Below are positions 39,455 through 50,368 of a stretch of 64,000 bases of DNA, in pieces. The position numbers were made by a program, and so were the translations under genes. Origin of the DNA: Paraspadella gotoi (lineage: Eukaryota > Animalia > Chaetognatha); NCBI GenBank assembly GCA_051294375.1, contig CM119268.1, positions 11,781,585-11,845,584 on the forward strand, given 5' to 3'. Every line of letters starts with the position of its first letter. Positions within the stretch are counted from its first letter, which is position 1. The notes beneath the pieces are model-generated. The model did not search any database. It worked only from the letters and a program-made list of their open reading frames with translations, and was not told the origin of the DNA.

Positions 39455-39665
39455 TCTCTCTCTCTCTCTCTGCTACTCCTCTCTCTCTCTCTTTGCTCTT
39501 CTCTTCTCTCTGGCGCAGAAGAGATGAGAGGGAGAGAGAGATGAATTTCAAAGTTTCTCAGGTTTGCATTATTCATTTCAATTTCTCAGACTCAGCGATC
39601 GCCGTCTCGATCATTTAACTTTTATTGGCGTCTCTCTCTCTCTTCTTCTTCTGCTCTCTCTTCTC

Positions 39666-39696
<31 letters not shown>

Positions 39697-42600
39697 ATCT
39701 CATCTGCTGAGTTTTCTTTCCCTTCTTTCCTCTCTTTCCCTTTCAAATCCTGTCCCGCTCTCACAACTTTCGCTTTCGTCCATCGTCCTGAAATCCCGGT
39801 AGGGGCTCGCACGCGCTTTGTCCTCCCATCATCCTGCTTTCACAAATCTACTGTATCTCACATCTTACTCACGGCCTCCTCCTTCGCTCTCAGCACAGAG
39901 GTCTCGAACCGTCCAGCGCTTCTAAAATATATTCGTTATAAATCACTGCATGATAATACCTGGCTGAGGTCAAGCACTTCTTTCCAAAACGTCTCCTCCC
40001 GAGAAGAAAGACATTCGTCAATATTTATAGCGACGTCGTTCAAAAGCGACAAATCACGTTTTCCGCCTCGCGCGAAACTTGGTCCTTTTGTTGCCGTCAC
40101 CGGTGACAACTACTTAGATCGGATCCTTTCTCTATGTTCCAGCCTCTCATCATCTCTTCTCTTATTTTGTCTTTGCTCTCTCTTTCTCTCTCTCTCGTCT
40201 CTCTTGATCTCTCTCTCGTCTCTCTCGTCTGCCGTCTCATTGCTCATAGGGGGTTGGTCGACATGCGAGCCGAGCCGCGAGACGGTACGCAATGAAGGCT
40301 TCCGCTCTCATCTTACCGCTCCTTACTCTCTCTTACCGCGGCCGTGTACCGAAGGTCGGTAGGTCACTGCCGCAGTGCGTGACCTCTCGTAAAAAATGAG
40401 CGTATATGATCCTCGTCCGCTTTCTGCTAACCTACGGGCGAATCGTCGGGCGGGTTTTGGCTGCGAAATGACTCACGAAATACGCGGAGTGCAGGCTTTT
40501 TTCTCTCATGCATCTAGTTCGTCTAAAGGTTGGCTCTTAGTTTTTGCTTTTGCATCTTTTACAATAGATTTTCTTTATCACTCAAATAACAAAGTATATT
40601 ATAAGATGTTATCAACTGAATGTGTTAAAAATTGGATTTAACTGTAACGGCCGAAAAATATTAGAGGTGTAATATTATCGATAAAAAAGTCGTATGAGGC
40701 CCTTTAACTTTTTCACACAATCCTGAATGAAAAGTTAAAAGCGGATATTGTATAACTAAGATCTGCATGGCGAAACGGGGCGGAGTATTTGTGTTAAGTT
40801 TATTGCGGAGCTGACTCGCGGCTTTTGGGAATGTACTAGGTGAGAAAAAAGGATTATTTAGGAGAACGTGCGGGTTTGCAGGATTAGTGTTGTTCAGTTC
40901 TAAGTTTCAGATAGGACGGCCTTCAGGTAGTGTGTGTTGTTTTCCATTCAGACAGAGATTTTGAAATTTTCAACAGTGGTTATTTAGAAGTGATTTTTGC
41001 AGAGCCGAGGTTTTTTTTTTGTCCGGGGCATTGTGTTTTTTTTTGTAAAAAATCGTGTTAAAAATCGCTCATTGCAATTTACACTCATTAATTTAGGCAT
41101 TTAGCACCGTAATTATGAATAACTATTTTTTAATTAATTATTTTAAAAAAGGAAATTAAGGTTACTTTTTAGACTTTTATATGAGCACTAAAGTGACTAA
41201 GAAGCTTTTTAGAAGAAGAAAGAGTTTTAATACAATTGAGAGAGATTGCCGTTTATGATCTGGCTAATAAACTAAATAAAGATTTCATGCATTTTTAAAT
41301 TGTGCACGCGTGAGTTTTCCCTATACAAACGGAGCTAGCGGCACGGTTTGCATTTTGATAGCTATTTTTTCATACTTTTTTTCGCTAGCAATTTTTTATA
41401 GAATGAATAATTTTTCTATTGGTGTACTTAGTTTTATATTTATTATTGTTGTAATATATTTTTTTGTGGCAAATTTATCTTGATGGAAAAATAATTAAAA
41501 AAGTTTCCTAAAACAAATTTTTGGAAAAATTCTAATGTCAATAACAGGCAATAATAAATTGGTATCTTCTTTTCAATACTTGTTTGGCTTTTTTTAGTTA
41601 TTTGCAATCTTAGATGAAAACATTTAATTTGTTTGTTAGCAAACGATTTTTGGTAAATTAGACATAAAAACAGACATGTTCAGCTTGTAGTCTAAGGCCT
41701 TCATCAAATTTACAATGTATTCAAAAAAGCTGAGTGCTAATAATATATAAATTTTGAAAAAAATAGTCATATTACTATATTTTATTAATTTTTTACTTAT
41801 TGGCGTTGTTTTACATAAACATAACTATTAAAAGCAATGTCTGGAATGGACATTATACTGAATAAACTTTTGTTTTTCTTTTAGCCCGTGGGGCTTTCGA
41901 TATGCGAGCCGTCATCTAAAACAACTTTGCAGGCATTTCCCAGACAAAAGAGCAAGGGAAAGCTTGCATACCAGTTTCCAGACTGGCGAAGAGAAGTAAC
42001 GTGATTAAAAGCTTTAATTTAAAGGCAATAAGACATAAATTATTATTTAATGATTATAATGAAAAAAATTAACTTGATATTTTTATTGTCCATTGAATAG
42101 TACAATTTTTTTAAACTTTTTTAATTTGCGAGCATAGATAGTTTTAAGTAAGCGATAGAGAATAAGTAACAATGATTCTCTCCAGTGCATTTGCTTTGTT
42201 AAAAATTATAGTCAGGTACATTACAAAAGTAACTTAACTTTTAAGTTAAATTTTTTTATAAATCTTCAGAAAATTCACATTAAACACCATACATTTGTTT
42301 TGTAAAGTTAGTTTTTTCAGCTTTTTTGAAATTGGGGCATACAGTTGAAAAAAAAATAATTTTCACATGAGAAGTGCATAAATTTTCACCGTAAATTCGA
42401 TGGAGTGTAGAGCGCCGCGAATGAGGATCGTAAGAGGAGCGAAAACAGAGAGATGAAGGAAAAGAGAATCCTCTTCATGTCGCGGCGAAGACGAAGCGAA
42501 TGCAGAGAGCGGACTTTACTCCGCCGCCGTAGGAAAGTCCGCGGCTTGAGTCGAGGCTGGACCAATTCAGCGTCGAGATAGTGGAGAGGAAGTCAACCAT

Positions 42601-43519
42601 TATGCCTCTCTGCTCTCTCTCTTCTTTCTTCTGCTCTCTCTCTCTCTGCATCGTCTGCTTGTCTCTCTCTCTTCTTCTAATCAAAGCGTTCTCTCAACGG
42701 CAAATTTGAAGGAACCTAATGGTCGGGTGAAACATATGAAGCGACTTAAATTTACAGGCAATCTCCGGCTGTCTTTGTCTTTGTGCTCCTGACTCCACAC
42801 CTCTGCTCTCGTTCTCTCATCTCTCTCTGCTCTGGTCTCTCTCTCTCTCTCTCATCTCTTTCTTTCTTTTCTTTCTTTTCTTATCTATATCCTTTGCTTG
42901 GTTTTCTTTGCTTTTCTTTGTCGCTTTTTGTTTCTTTGTTTCTTTCTTTCTCTCTATCTTACTTTCTTTTCCGCTTCACCCCTGACGCCGACCCTTTTTC
43001 TCAGGACGCCAAACGGTTAGTTGATCGCAGCCGTGTGACTTGATGCTGTACAGTTGAACATCAGGCATGTTAACTCTATTTCTCCCTAAACTTAACGACA
43101 GCACAACAATAACAAATGCAATATCATCTTTTTTTCATAATAAATACTTTTGAGATTTCTTCGAGAATAAAAGGGATAGAATATTTTTTCGTGACCGCCA
43201 TCCGAAATGAATCGACGTTGTAGTAATAAAAAAAAAACTGTTTGTACATTATTTAAGTCGGGAAGACATTTTTCTATCGAATGGCTCCGTTCATTGCATT
43301 ATTCAAAAGGAGATGAGCCGTTTTATGAATTTCTTATTTTAGAAAGAAAATAAAGATAAAAAAAAAATTTAACGGAAGGAAAAAGAATAAAAACATGAGG
43401 AGGAAAAAATCGTGAAAACTAAAAGAGGAACATAAATCGAGAAAGGGAAAAATAAGAAGAAAAGAGAGGTGAGGACAAAGGAGGAACAAAGAGAGAGAAA
43501 AGAGAAAGAGAGAGAGACG

Positions 43520-43593
<74 letters not shown>

Positions 43594-43731
43594 CAAAAGG
43601 AGTATTGTCTCTCTTTGGTCACACGAGAGCCCGTCGTCATTGGTAAAAGGGACGACAACCGAGCGACGACGGTGTAACAGCCTCATTCCTCTCTCCGTCC
43701 GTCCTCCCCCTTGACAGAGTCCAAACGGCGA

Positions 43732-43775
<44 letters not shown>

Positions 43776-45912
43776 CTCTCTTCTCTCTCTCTCATTCCTC
43801 TCCTCCCCGCCTCCGGCGGAGAACTCTAACAAATTGTTTATTGGCGGTTGTCCAGGTCTTTAAGCTGAAAATGGGAGACTCGTTCCGGTTGAAAAAGAAG
43901 ACTCGATGGTCGGGTGGAGCCCGAGCTTGCTGCGAGGGTGGGGGTGGGGGGTGGGGGGGTTGACGAGTAGTGTTGAATTGGGAGGAGAGGGAATGGAAGG
44001 TGGATTTTCGATACGGACGATTTTCGGGCGGAATGATTCCAAGAAAAAATAGGGTGAGGGAAGAGGAAATGTAAGGAAAGGTACCCTGGATCGAATGAAA
44101 GATCAGAAATGTGAGAAGGAATCAGATTGCTGGTTAAACGGCGGCCGAATAGAAAAAAAAAGACTTTTATTTTAAAGAAAGGAAAAAGACAACGGATCGA
44201 ATTGTGTCAGGATTACGGAAATTCTGGAAGGACCGTGAAGGCCCCTATTTTTTTCTTCTGTTGGAGGAATAGGAGGTTTTAAAACAAGACGCGCCTGGAG
44301 GGGTTTTTTTTGGGGGGGTGGAGGAGAAAAAAAATGCAGTAAGGCGATCCGGGGAAGAGGAGGAGTGAAGATGGAAAGGAGCTTCCCCCCCCCCCGTTCA
44401 AAAGAGCGGGCTTCTACAGAGAGGCAATATGAAATCGGGCCAAGTGAGGTCGATTTTATCGTTGAGGAATTTGCTCCTCTCGGACGAGGGACGGAGATGG
44501 TTACCGGCGTGAAAAGGGTTCATTCGTCACTACACGGAGAAGAGGGTCCTTTTCTCTCCGCGGCTTTGAGATTGCCCGGCAAAGCTTCGAAACCGGGAGC
44601 GGCGTGGGAAAGTGATGTACCATTATTGAGAGAAGGGTGAGGTGATTGGGTAAAGTTAGTCCTTATTTAATCGTTTCGGTGATGTTTGACAGAGAAAGGG
44701 GTGTAGTTTTTATCTTTAATACAATTAACAAAATAATTTACCTGTTAGATCACAGTATCTTCTTGGTTATTGAAACTGGTAGAAAACTGTTACGAAGGAA
44801 TCCCTGGCTATAAAATAAATTATACATGAAAAAAAGGTCAGTGAAATCAGGAGTGAAAAAGTCTGTGAAATACTGTTTAAGCATTCGTAGTATTTTGGCT
44901 GTTTTTATACTTTTCAACAATCATCTGTTGGTCTTATTTGATGGTTTTAGAAATTATTTGCTAAGAAGTGTTTCGATGTGGTTGGGGTCGCTGATATGTC
45001 GGTTATGCCTTACGGTAAGCCTGTCGGTTAGACTCTCAGGGCAGAAAGGAGTCGATGAAAAGCGTTGAAGTTCCATCCCCTTCGCCGGTGATGGTCCGAT
45101 CATCCTCCCGTTAATTACAGAAGAGACGAGCGAGTCCCGAGTAGTGATTCCATTAACCGGCCTCGTTTTTCAAAGCGAAGACTAGGGTGGTTCGTTTCAG
45201 GGATGACGACTAAGGTGATTCTTTTCCGAGTCATCGACGAGGATTATTCGTTTAATGGCCGCCTATGAGGTTAATGTAGACGTCTTTAGAGCAATTCCTG
45301 ACGCTGTAGGTCCCTTCATTGCAATATTTGACAATTCACAATTAAACAACCCACTAATTTATTCGGTACTATGGACTGAGGCAAACTTGTTTATACAGGA
45401 AGCGAAAATATTCTCTTTTTTTCCGCACGGGTTTGCCAAGATGAATCTGGCAACGGTCAACTCATCATACTTCTTCTTTCCTTCACCGCCAACTCCGTCC
45501 GGCTCCAAAGCTTTTTTATATCCACAACCACAATCCACAATCCACATTCCCTCCCTCGACCACGCTTTTCCCCACTCGCCGGCGCGCCACGGCCGGACCG
45601 ACTAATCTCTCCATTAGCCCGCGGCGCGATGAATACCTGCGCGCATGCGCATCGACTCCGCGACTCAAAAGACTTCAAAACAAAAGCGCAAAAATGAAAA
45701 AAAAAGGTTGAGCGAAAAGGGAAAAACTCCCGCGCGTCTGGCGTTGATTGTCGTCGAGATAACCGCCGAACAAGCTCTAATTATGGAANNNNNNNNNNNN
45801 NNNNNNNNNNNNNTTCGGCGTGAGAAGTAGCGCGTGAGGGTCGGAAAGAAGGAAGGCTTGGATCGGAGGCGACGACGCCGTCGAAATTGTGTTTTGCGAC
45901 AATAATCAATAC

Positions 45913-46447
45913 CCTCTGTGACGATGAGACTCTCGGCTCAGCATCACGGGAATGCCTACGTTGGCGCAGACAGCCAATCGCAGCATTGATCGCCAGCCCC
46001 GCTTTGGCGCACCAAGAGGCGCGGCGAAGGGCGCACGGCGTTCGCTCTGGTGCACCTCGCGCATGGCTGCCTGATATTGCTGCCAGCGAGAGCGACTGCC
46101 CGCGGCCCCCACTCGGCCAGGTGCCTGCTTTTCCAAGCGCCGTTCATTGATAGACAACGATCTTATGTTGGATTGGCGCAGGAATTCGCGTAGAGACAAG
46201 AGGAAAACTTCAAGGCATTCGATTCCACTGTCCTGCCGGCGGCCCAGTCGCTGTTGGTAGCCGCTCGGTAGATGGCGATCGAGGCACGACTCTGGCGCTC
46301 GACGACTTAGCTGCAACGGCTTGGGGGCACCGGAGACGGCTCCGTGCCGCCGATGGTGCTCTTTGGCCAGCTCGCCTAAGTCGACGATGCGTTGTTGGCA
46401 GAGTTTCATTTCGTCTCCATGAAAGATTGAAGCTTTTCGATTCCCAT
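45913..46447 (-). CDS. FAM120: FAM120 family protein (PIN/XPG-like N-terminal domain), first coding exon; frameshifts probably read errors
   Basis: ATG at 46447. Joining frames gives MGIEKLQSFMET...IVDLGELAKEHHRR...PLQL.V..ESCLDR..Y..SDWAAG.QWN...FLLSLREF..SNI.IVVY.NGA.EK..LAEW...MLRLA...IPVMLS.ESH, paralleling FAM120A/B N-termini (MGV.G.Q, ELAEHHR, DWVSGGQWN, NGALEK..L.EW). GT donor at 45911-45912. Confidence 0.82.
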
Positions 46448-46949
46448 GACGAATTAAAATTGGCGCGCGAAAAAAAAATTATTCTATCTGATTTTATAAT
46501 ATTTCTTTTGATCTGATTTGAACCCGATTGATTGCTTTATACCTTTTTTTAAACTTGCAGGGTTTTTTTTTAAGCTTTGTAGCTAAAGGGTAACTATCAA
46601 ACTTGAGGATGAAAAATTAAAACAATCTGACTTAGAAGTGAACGAAATATTAAAACAAATAAGGAAAAAAAATTGTTGTTTTTTTTTTCTTTTTTTTTTA
46701 GAAAAATATTGACAATACTTTCAACAAATACACATGGAAGCTGAAAAGAAACAAATTTTAACTTCATGATCGTAGGAAATAAAAAAACACACGCAGAATC
46801 CACATGAGGTGACCGAAATTGTTTTTTGAGTTTCGCACGAAAATTGCCTAATCAAATTTTGTGCGTTAGACAGAAAAGCGATGATTTGGTTCCAAACCAG
46901 CTGGATTCAACCCTTAGATGCTTCTCTTCTTCGCCCCCGCCTCTCCCCG

Positions 46950-48810
46950 CCCCCCGCGCCCCCGAATTTCAGCGCTTCGTTCCATTCTCCTCTTGCGTGC
47001 TATTTTGCCCTTTGGCCTTGGCCAACGCTTTCGGCCTGGCTCGGCCGCGTCGCTCGAGGATCAACTTCCGTCTTTGTCCATCTTCAATTGGTGATACGGA
47101 CGTTGCGACGGATGGCATGCCCACCTGAGGTTTTAACTCATATATAATCTTTTTAAATAAATTATGGAAATAAATAGAAATTTATTTGACGATGAAAGAA
47201 TAATAAAATACATTATGTATATACTGATTCATTTTTTAATTCATTTTTAACCTTGAACGTGCGCCATTCTGCCTTTCGCGTCCTGAACTCTTTCCATCGT
47301 AGATCACGTATTTTTGCTGGTTAAACCTAAAAAGATTAATAAAAATTGAAAAAAAGCTAATATAAATAATATTTAATATCGACCTATATTAATATGTTTG
47401 TACTCGCTGCATGATCCTTTCCGGTCTGTTCGCCCTTGTTAATGACCTCTGTGACCTTGACCTCATCGTTCCTTGCGAACTGGGCATGCGATCTGACGTT
47501 GGTTTTTTGTCTCAGCTCCTTCGAACAGAGGGCGCCTCATGATCTTGCGTCGAATGTGAGAGGGTAGCTTGGAAGTGGCGCCGCTCTTGGACGGTGAAAA
47601 AATAGGATAAGAAACGATGAATAAAGAAATTAATAATTAATTAATTAATTAAATTAAAGAAATTAATACCTTTTTAAATTTAAGAATAAAATACTTAATT
47701 TCTACAAAATTTCGTTTGTTTTTAATAACAACTTTTTCATTACTTTTCCAATTCTTACATGTTACCTGCACTTTCTTCGCGATGAGGACACGAATGGATT
47801 CAGCTTCATCTTTATTCTTTTAATATTTTCGTTTTTATATGAAAATTCTAAAAACAAAAAACTAAGAAAAAAAATGAATTTAATATTAACTGAAAGCGAC
47901 AAAATTTCTTACTTAATTTTCATCTAATATTCGTTAACCCGACTTAAAATTTGACGTCCCGATAGTAACGATGTAGTTTGGTTGTGTTGTTATTAATGGT
48001 GTTGGTTCATTCCGCGTCGACGTTTGACGGGTGTTGGAGGCCTTTGAAGGAGGTCGTGGGCACGTGGTCACCGTAGGTATTAGAGTTTGTGGACGCTGTC
48101 CTCATCCTCGTTGCGCTTTTGCGCGCCCCAATACTGGTGGCAGGAAATTATAATAAAAAAATTTAATAACAATTATTATATTACTAGTGTATTTACCTAT
48201 TTATTTAACATGTGGCCTTACCTGACTCTGACCCTGACGGGCACGCGGACTTGCAACCTTTCGACAAATATGTTGTTAGGCCTTGTTTATCGTTATTCCT
48301 CACATCGGACGGTGCCCATCGTTTTGACAGCTCAGTCACGCACGGCCTTGATTGGCGCGGGGTGCACGCTTTCTTGGAGCCGATTGGCCGAAGTGCTGAA
48401 GAGGGATAGGGGTAAAATTCTCAGTAGGAGGAGGCAAATTGGATTAAAGCGAATTGATTTGGTCTTAAAAACATTACTAAAATTCATTAGCATATTGCAG
48501 TACAGATTTATAGTAAACTTTATTATAGATTTTTTACTTTATTTATAATTTTTAATCTGTTTTTGGACAATTGTTTTCTCCCTTCAAAAAACGTCTATGG
48601 AGAGTTCGTTATAGGATTAAAACTCATTTGATTTTCTTGGAGATCCAATTTGATTGAAGTGATTTAATTTTACGTCTAGGAGTATGTATGGGATGTATTC
48701 CCTGGTGACGACACGACCTCGTGATCGAACTCTTATCCCCGTTTCTCGCTTTTCTTTCGCGCCGGCATTTTTTTGCTTTCCTTATTGGCTTATTGGCTAT
48801 CTCCACTTCC
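46950..48810 (-). CDS. multi-exon gene, probably KH-domain RNA-binding protein (indel-garbled)
   Basis: GC-rich exons with mostly canonical splice sites at about 48700-48810, 48222-48395, 47939-48133, 47766-47809, 47404-47585, 47252-47326 and 46950-47124. Fragments KLPSHIRRKIM..KELRQKTNVR, KYVI..GK.G, NVRIT.IEDG..RKLILE..ALAKAK resemble KH folds. Gene structure is better supported than the domain call. Confidence 0.5.
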
Positions 48811-49045
48811 TTTAAGTTGCTCCGCTTTTTAAGAAATAACTTTTATATCTAAAACAAGTATTTTATTGCTACAATACACAAAAATAATAACGCGGTATGC
48901 GTAGGCCCGAATTAAAAATTTGGAACGTATAAACCTAGAAATTTTAACGATTCGAACGTCAAAAATGTTTGAGACTCAAGAGCATGTGAAAGTGGGGGGG
49001 GTGGATTCTGGTTCGGATAGCGATCACAAAATGAAAAGCTGAAAT

Positions 49046-49196
49046 CTACTCGTATTAATTGAGTTTCGTCTATGCCCCCAGTCTTCCCAACTTTCCGTCG
49101 TTAATATTCGGTTCGAATTAATAATGCGGATTTTTTTTGGCTTTGATGTTCTTTGTATGCCGATTTCGGAGCGTCCTGTCTCGCCCTCAAGTTCCA
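49046..49196 (-). CDS. POLR2F: RNA polymerase I/II/III common subunit RPB6, exon 2
   Basis: CAG acceptor. Joining frames gives VELEGET...EI.YKE.KAKKI.II.R....DG.WEDWG.DEL, matching the RPB6 C-terminus VELEGETDPL.IAMKELK..KIPIIIRRYLPDGSYEDW. Confidence 0.88.
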
Positions 49197-49304
49197 CTGG
49201 GAGAAGAAGAAGAATTATTTCAAATTGATATTAAATTTAATAATTTTAACTGCAAATATAATGGCCAGCAAGATTAAAGCTGCTTTCATGCCTTGTCCGT
49301 CCTC

Positions 49305-49535
49305 AGCCCGTCTTCAATGGCTGAGCAGGCTTTAAAAATATTCTCGTTACAACCGTGCGTCCCGGGTTCCAATCCGTGGGTTATCCGCGTTCTGGCTTAA
49401 TGTGACGTGGAGCCGTTTAAAACATGCCAGTGACGGCTCGTCACTAAGGGTCCGCAGCCCCTACGCCAGTTGGTTGAGTAGATATCCCGCGCCCGGGGTA
49501 CCACAGGCATTCCTCCCGTTGCCATAAAACTAAAT
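49305..49535 (+). mobile_element. tRNA-headed SINE-like element in the POLR2F intron (antisense to host)
   Basis: A-box-like TGGCTGAGCAGG (49318-49329) and B-box-like GGTTCCAATCC (49365-49375) at tRNA-like spacing, followed by a GC-rich structured body within an otherwise AT-rich intron. Boundaries approximate. Confidence 0.6.
49392..49469 (+). ncRNA. candidate twister self-cleaving ribozyme, circularly permuted type P5
   Basis: P5 CTGGC/GCCAG; P2 ATGT/ACAT; L1' GACG(T)G; short P1 hairpin GAGCCGTT; UAA cleavage motif at 49418; GCC; P3 AGTGACG/CGTCACT; P4 AGG/CCT with loop GTCCGCAGCC; both pseudoknot pairings possible. Two apparent extra nucleotides. Confidence 0.7.
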
Positions 49536-49596
49536 TTCTTAACTATTTACCGTTTTTTTACAATAACCCCCTGCCCCTCCAATTTATATTTCTCAC

Positions 49597-49876
49597 CATA
49601 ACGCGCGACACATGGCGTATCTGCAGCGCACGCGTCCCCAACACTCGCGCCCGCTCGTATTTGGTCAGGTAGGGGGTCGGTTGATTCGATTGGGAAAGGC
49701 GTCCACCTGACCGTGGCGGCCATAGTCCGTCGGCGAGAGAATGTCCACGCCGCGCCGCCTCTTGTCCTTTCTCGCGCCGGCGTCCTCGGATCTGGGTTCG
49801 TCGTAAATGTCTTCACGTCGTCGTCGACTTGCGTCCATCAAATCTTCCGCCCATTGTCGTCCTCGGTCCGAACCAT
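49597..49876 (-). CDS. POLR2F: RNA polymerase I/II/III common subunit RPB6, exon 1
   Basis: Acidic N-terminus, then in-frame [20 protein letters not shown](AMCA..M), the RPB6 signature. GTGAG donor at 49592-49596. Indels elsewhere. Confidence 0.93.
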
Positions 49877-50102
49877 TTTTATTTCTTTTTTTCTTTTTAA
49901 AGTTTATTACGAAAAATCTCTAAAAAAGAAGGACATTTGTGTTTTTTTTTATAGCATAAATAAACGAGATGGAAATATTAATGATTGAATCTAGAAACTT
50001 TTATCACAACTACGGTAAGACTGCATGAAGTTAGACGAAGCAAAGAAGACATTTCCTCATCTTCTGCCTCACCCCCTCCCGACTCATCCCCTCTGTCGAA
50101 GT

Positions 50103-50368
50103 CTAAGAAAGCTTCTTTGGCTTTCGTTTGTAGAGAGCTCGTCGACGACCTTCCCCATGCTGGCGATCTGTCTCCAGGGCGTTCTTGTAGGTTGGAGATC
50201 CTCCTCGAACTCGTCAGAACACAACCAGGACTCCAGCCCTTTGATCGAGAATTATCCCGTCCTCGAGAAACCTTCTGGGTCCATGGATCATCTAGTGTGG
50301 GGGACATGTTTTTCTGCTCCATGCGTTTGTCGAACGGGAGTTGGATGAGTTGGCGATGCGTGGGAGAC
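50103..50368 (-). CDS. PSMD11: 26S proteasome lid subunit RPN6, last exon (end of PCI domain); frameshifts probably read errors
   Basis: TTCAG acceptor. Joining frames gives VSHIAQLIQLP...EQK....MI.DQK..GI.DQRAGVLV..DE....TYKNALET..SMGKVVDELY.KAKKLS*, matching the RPN6 C-terminus MILDKKFHGILDQGEGVL...[26 protein letters not shown]. Confidence 0.88.

Noticed and set aside
45906-46409. 167-aa ORF read as a standalone protein or macro domain
   Set aside because: It is a mosaic of in-frame and out-of-frame parts of the FAM120 first exon, whose real start is the ATG at 46447.
49046-50368. POLR2F and PSMD11 as pseudogenes
   Set aside because: Introns and conserved residues are retained and damage is mostly single-base indels, which fits raw long-read error better. 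Not fully excluded.
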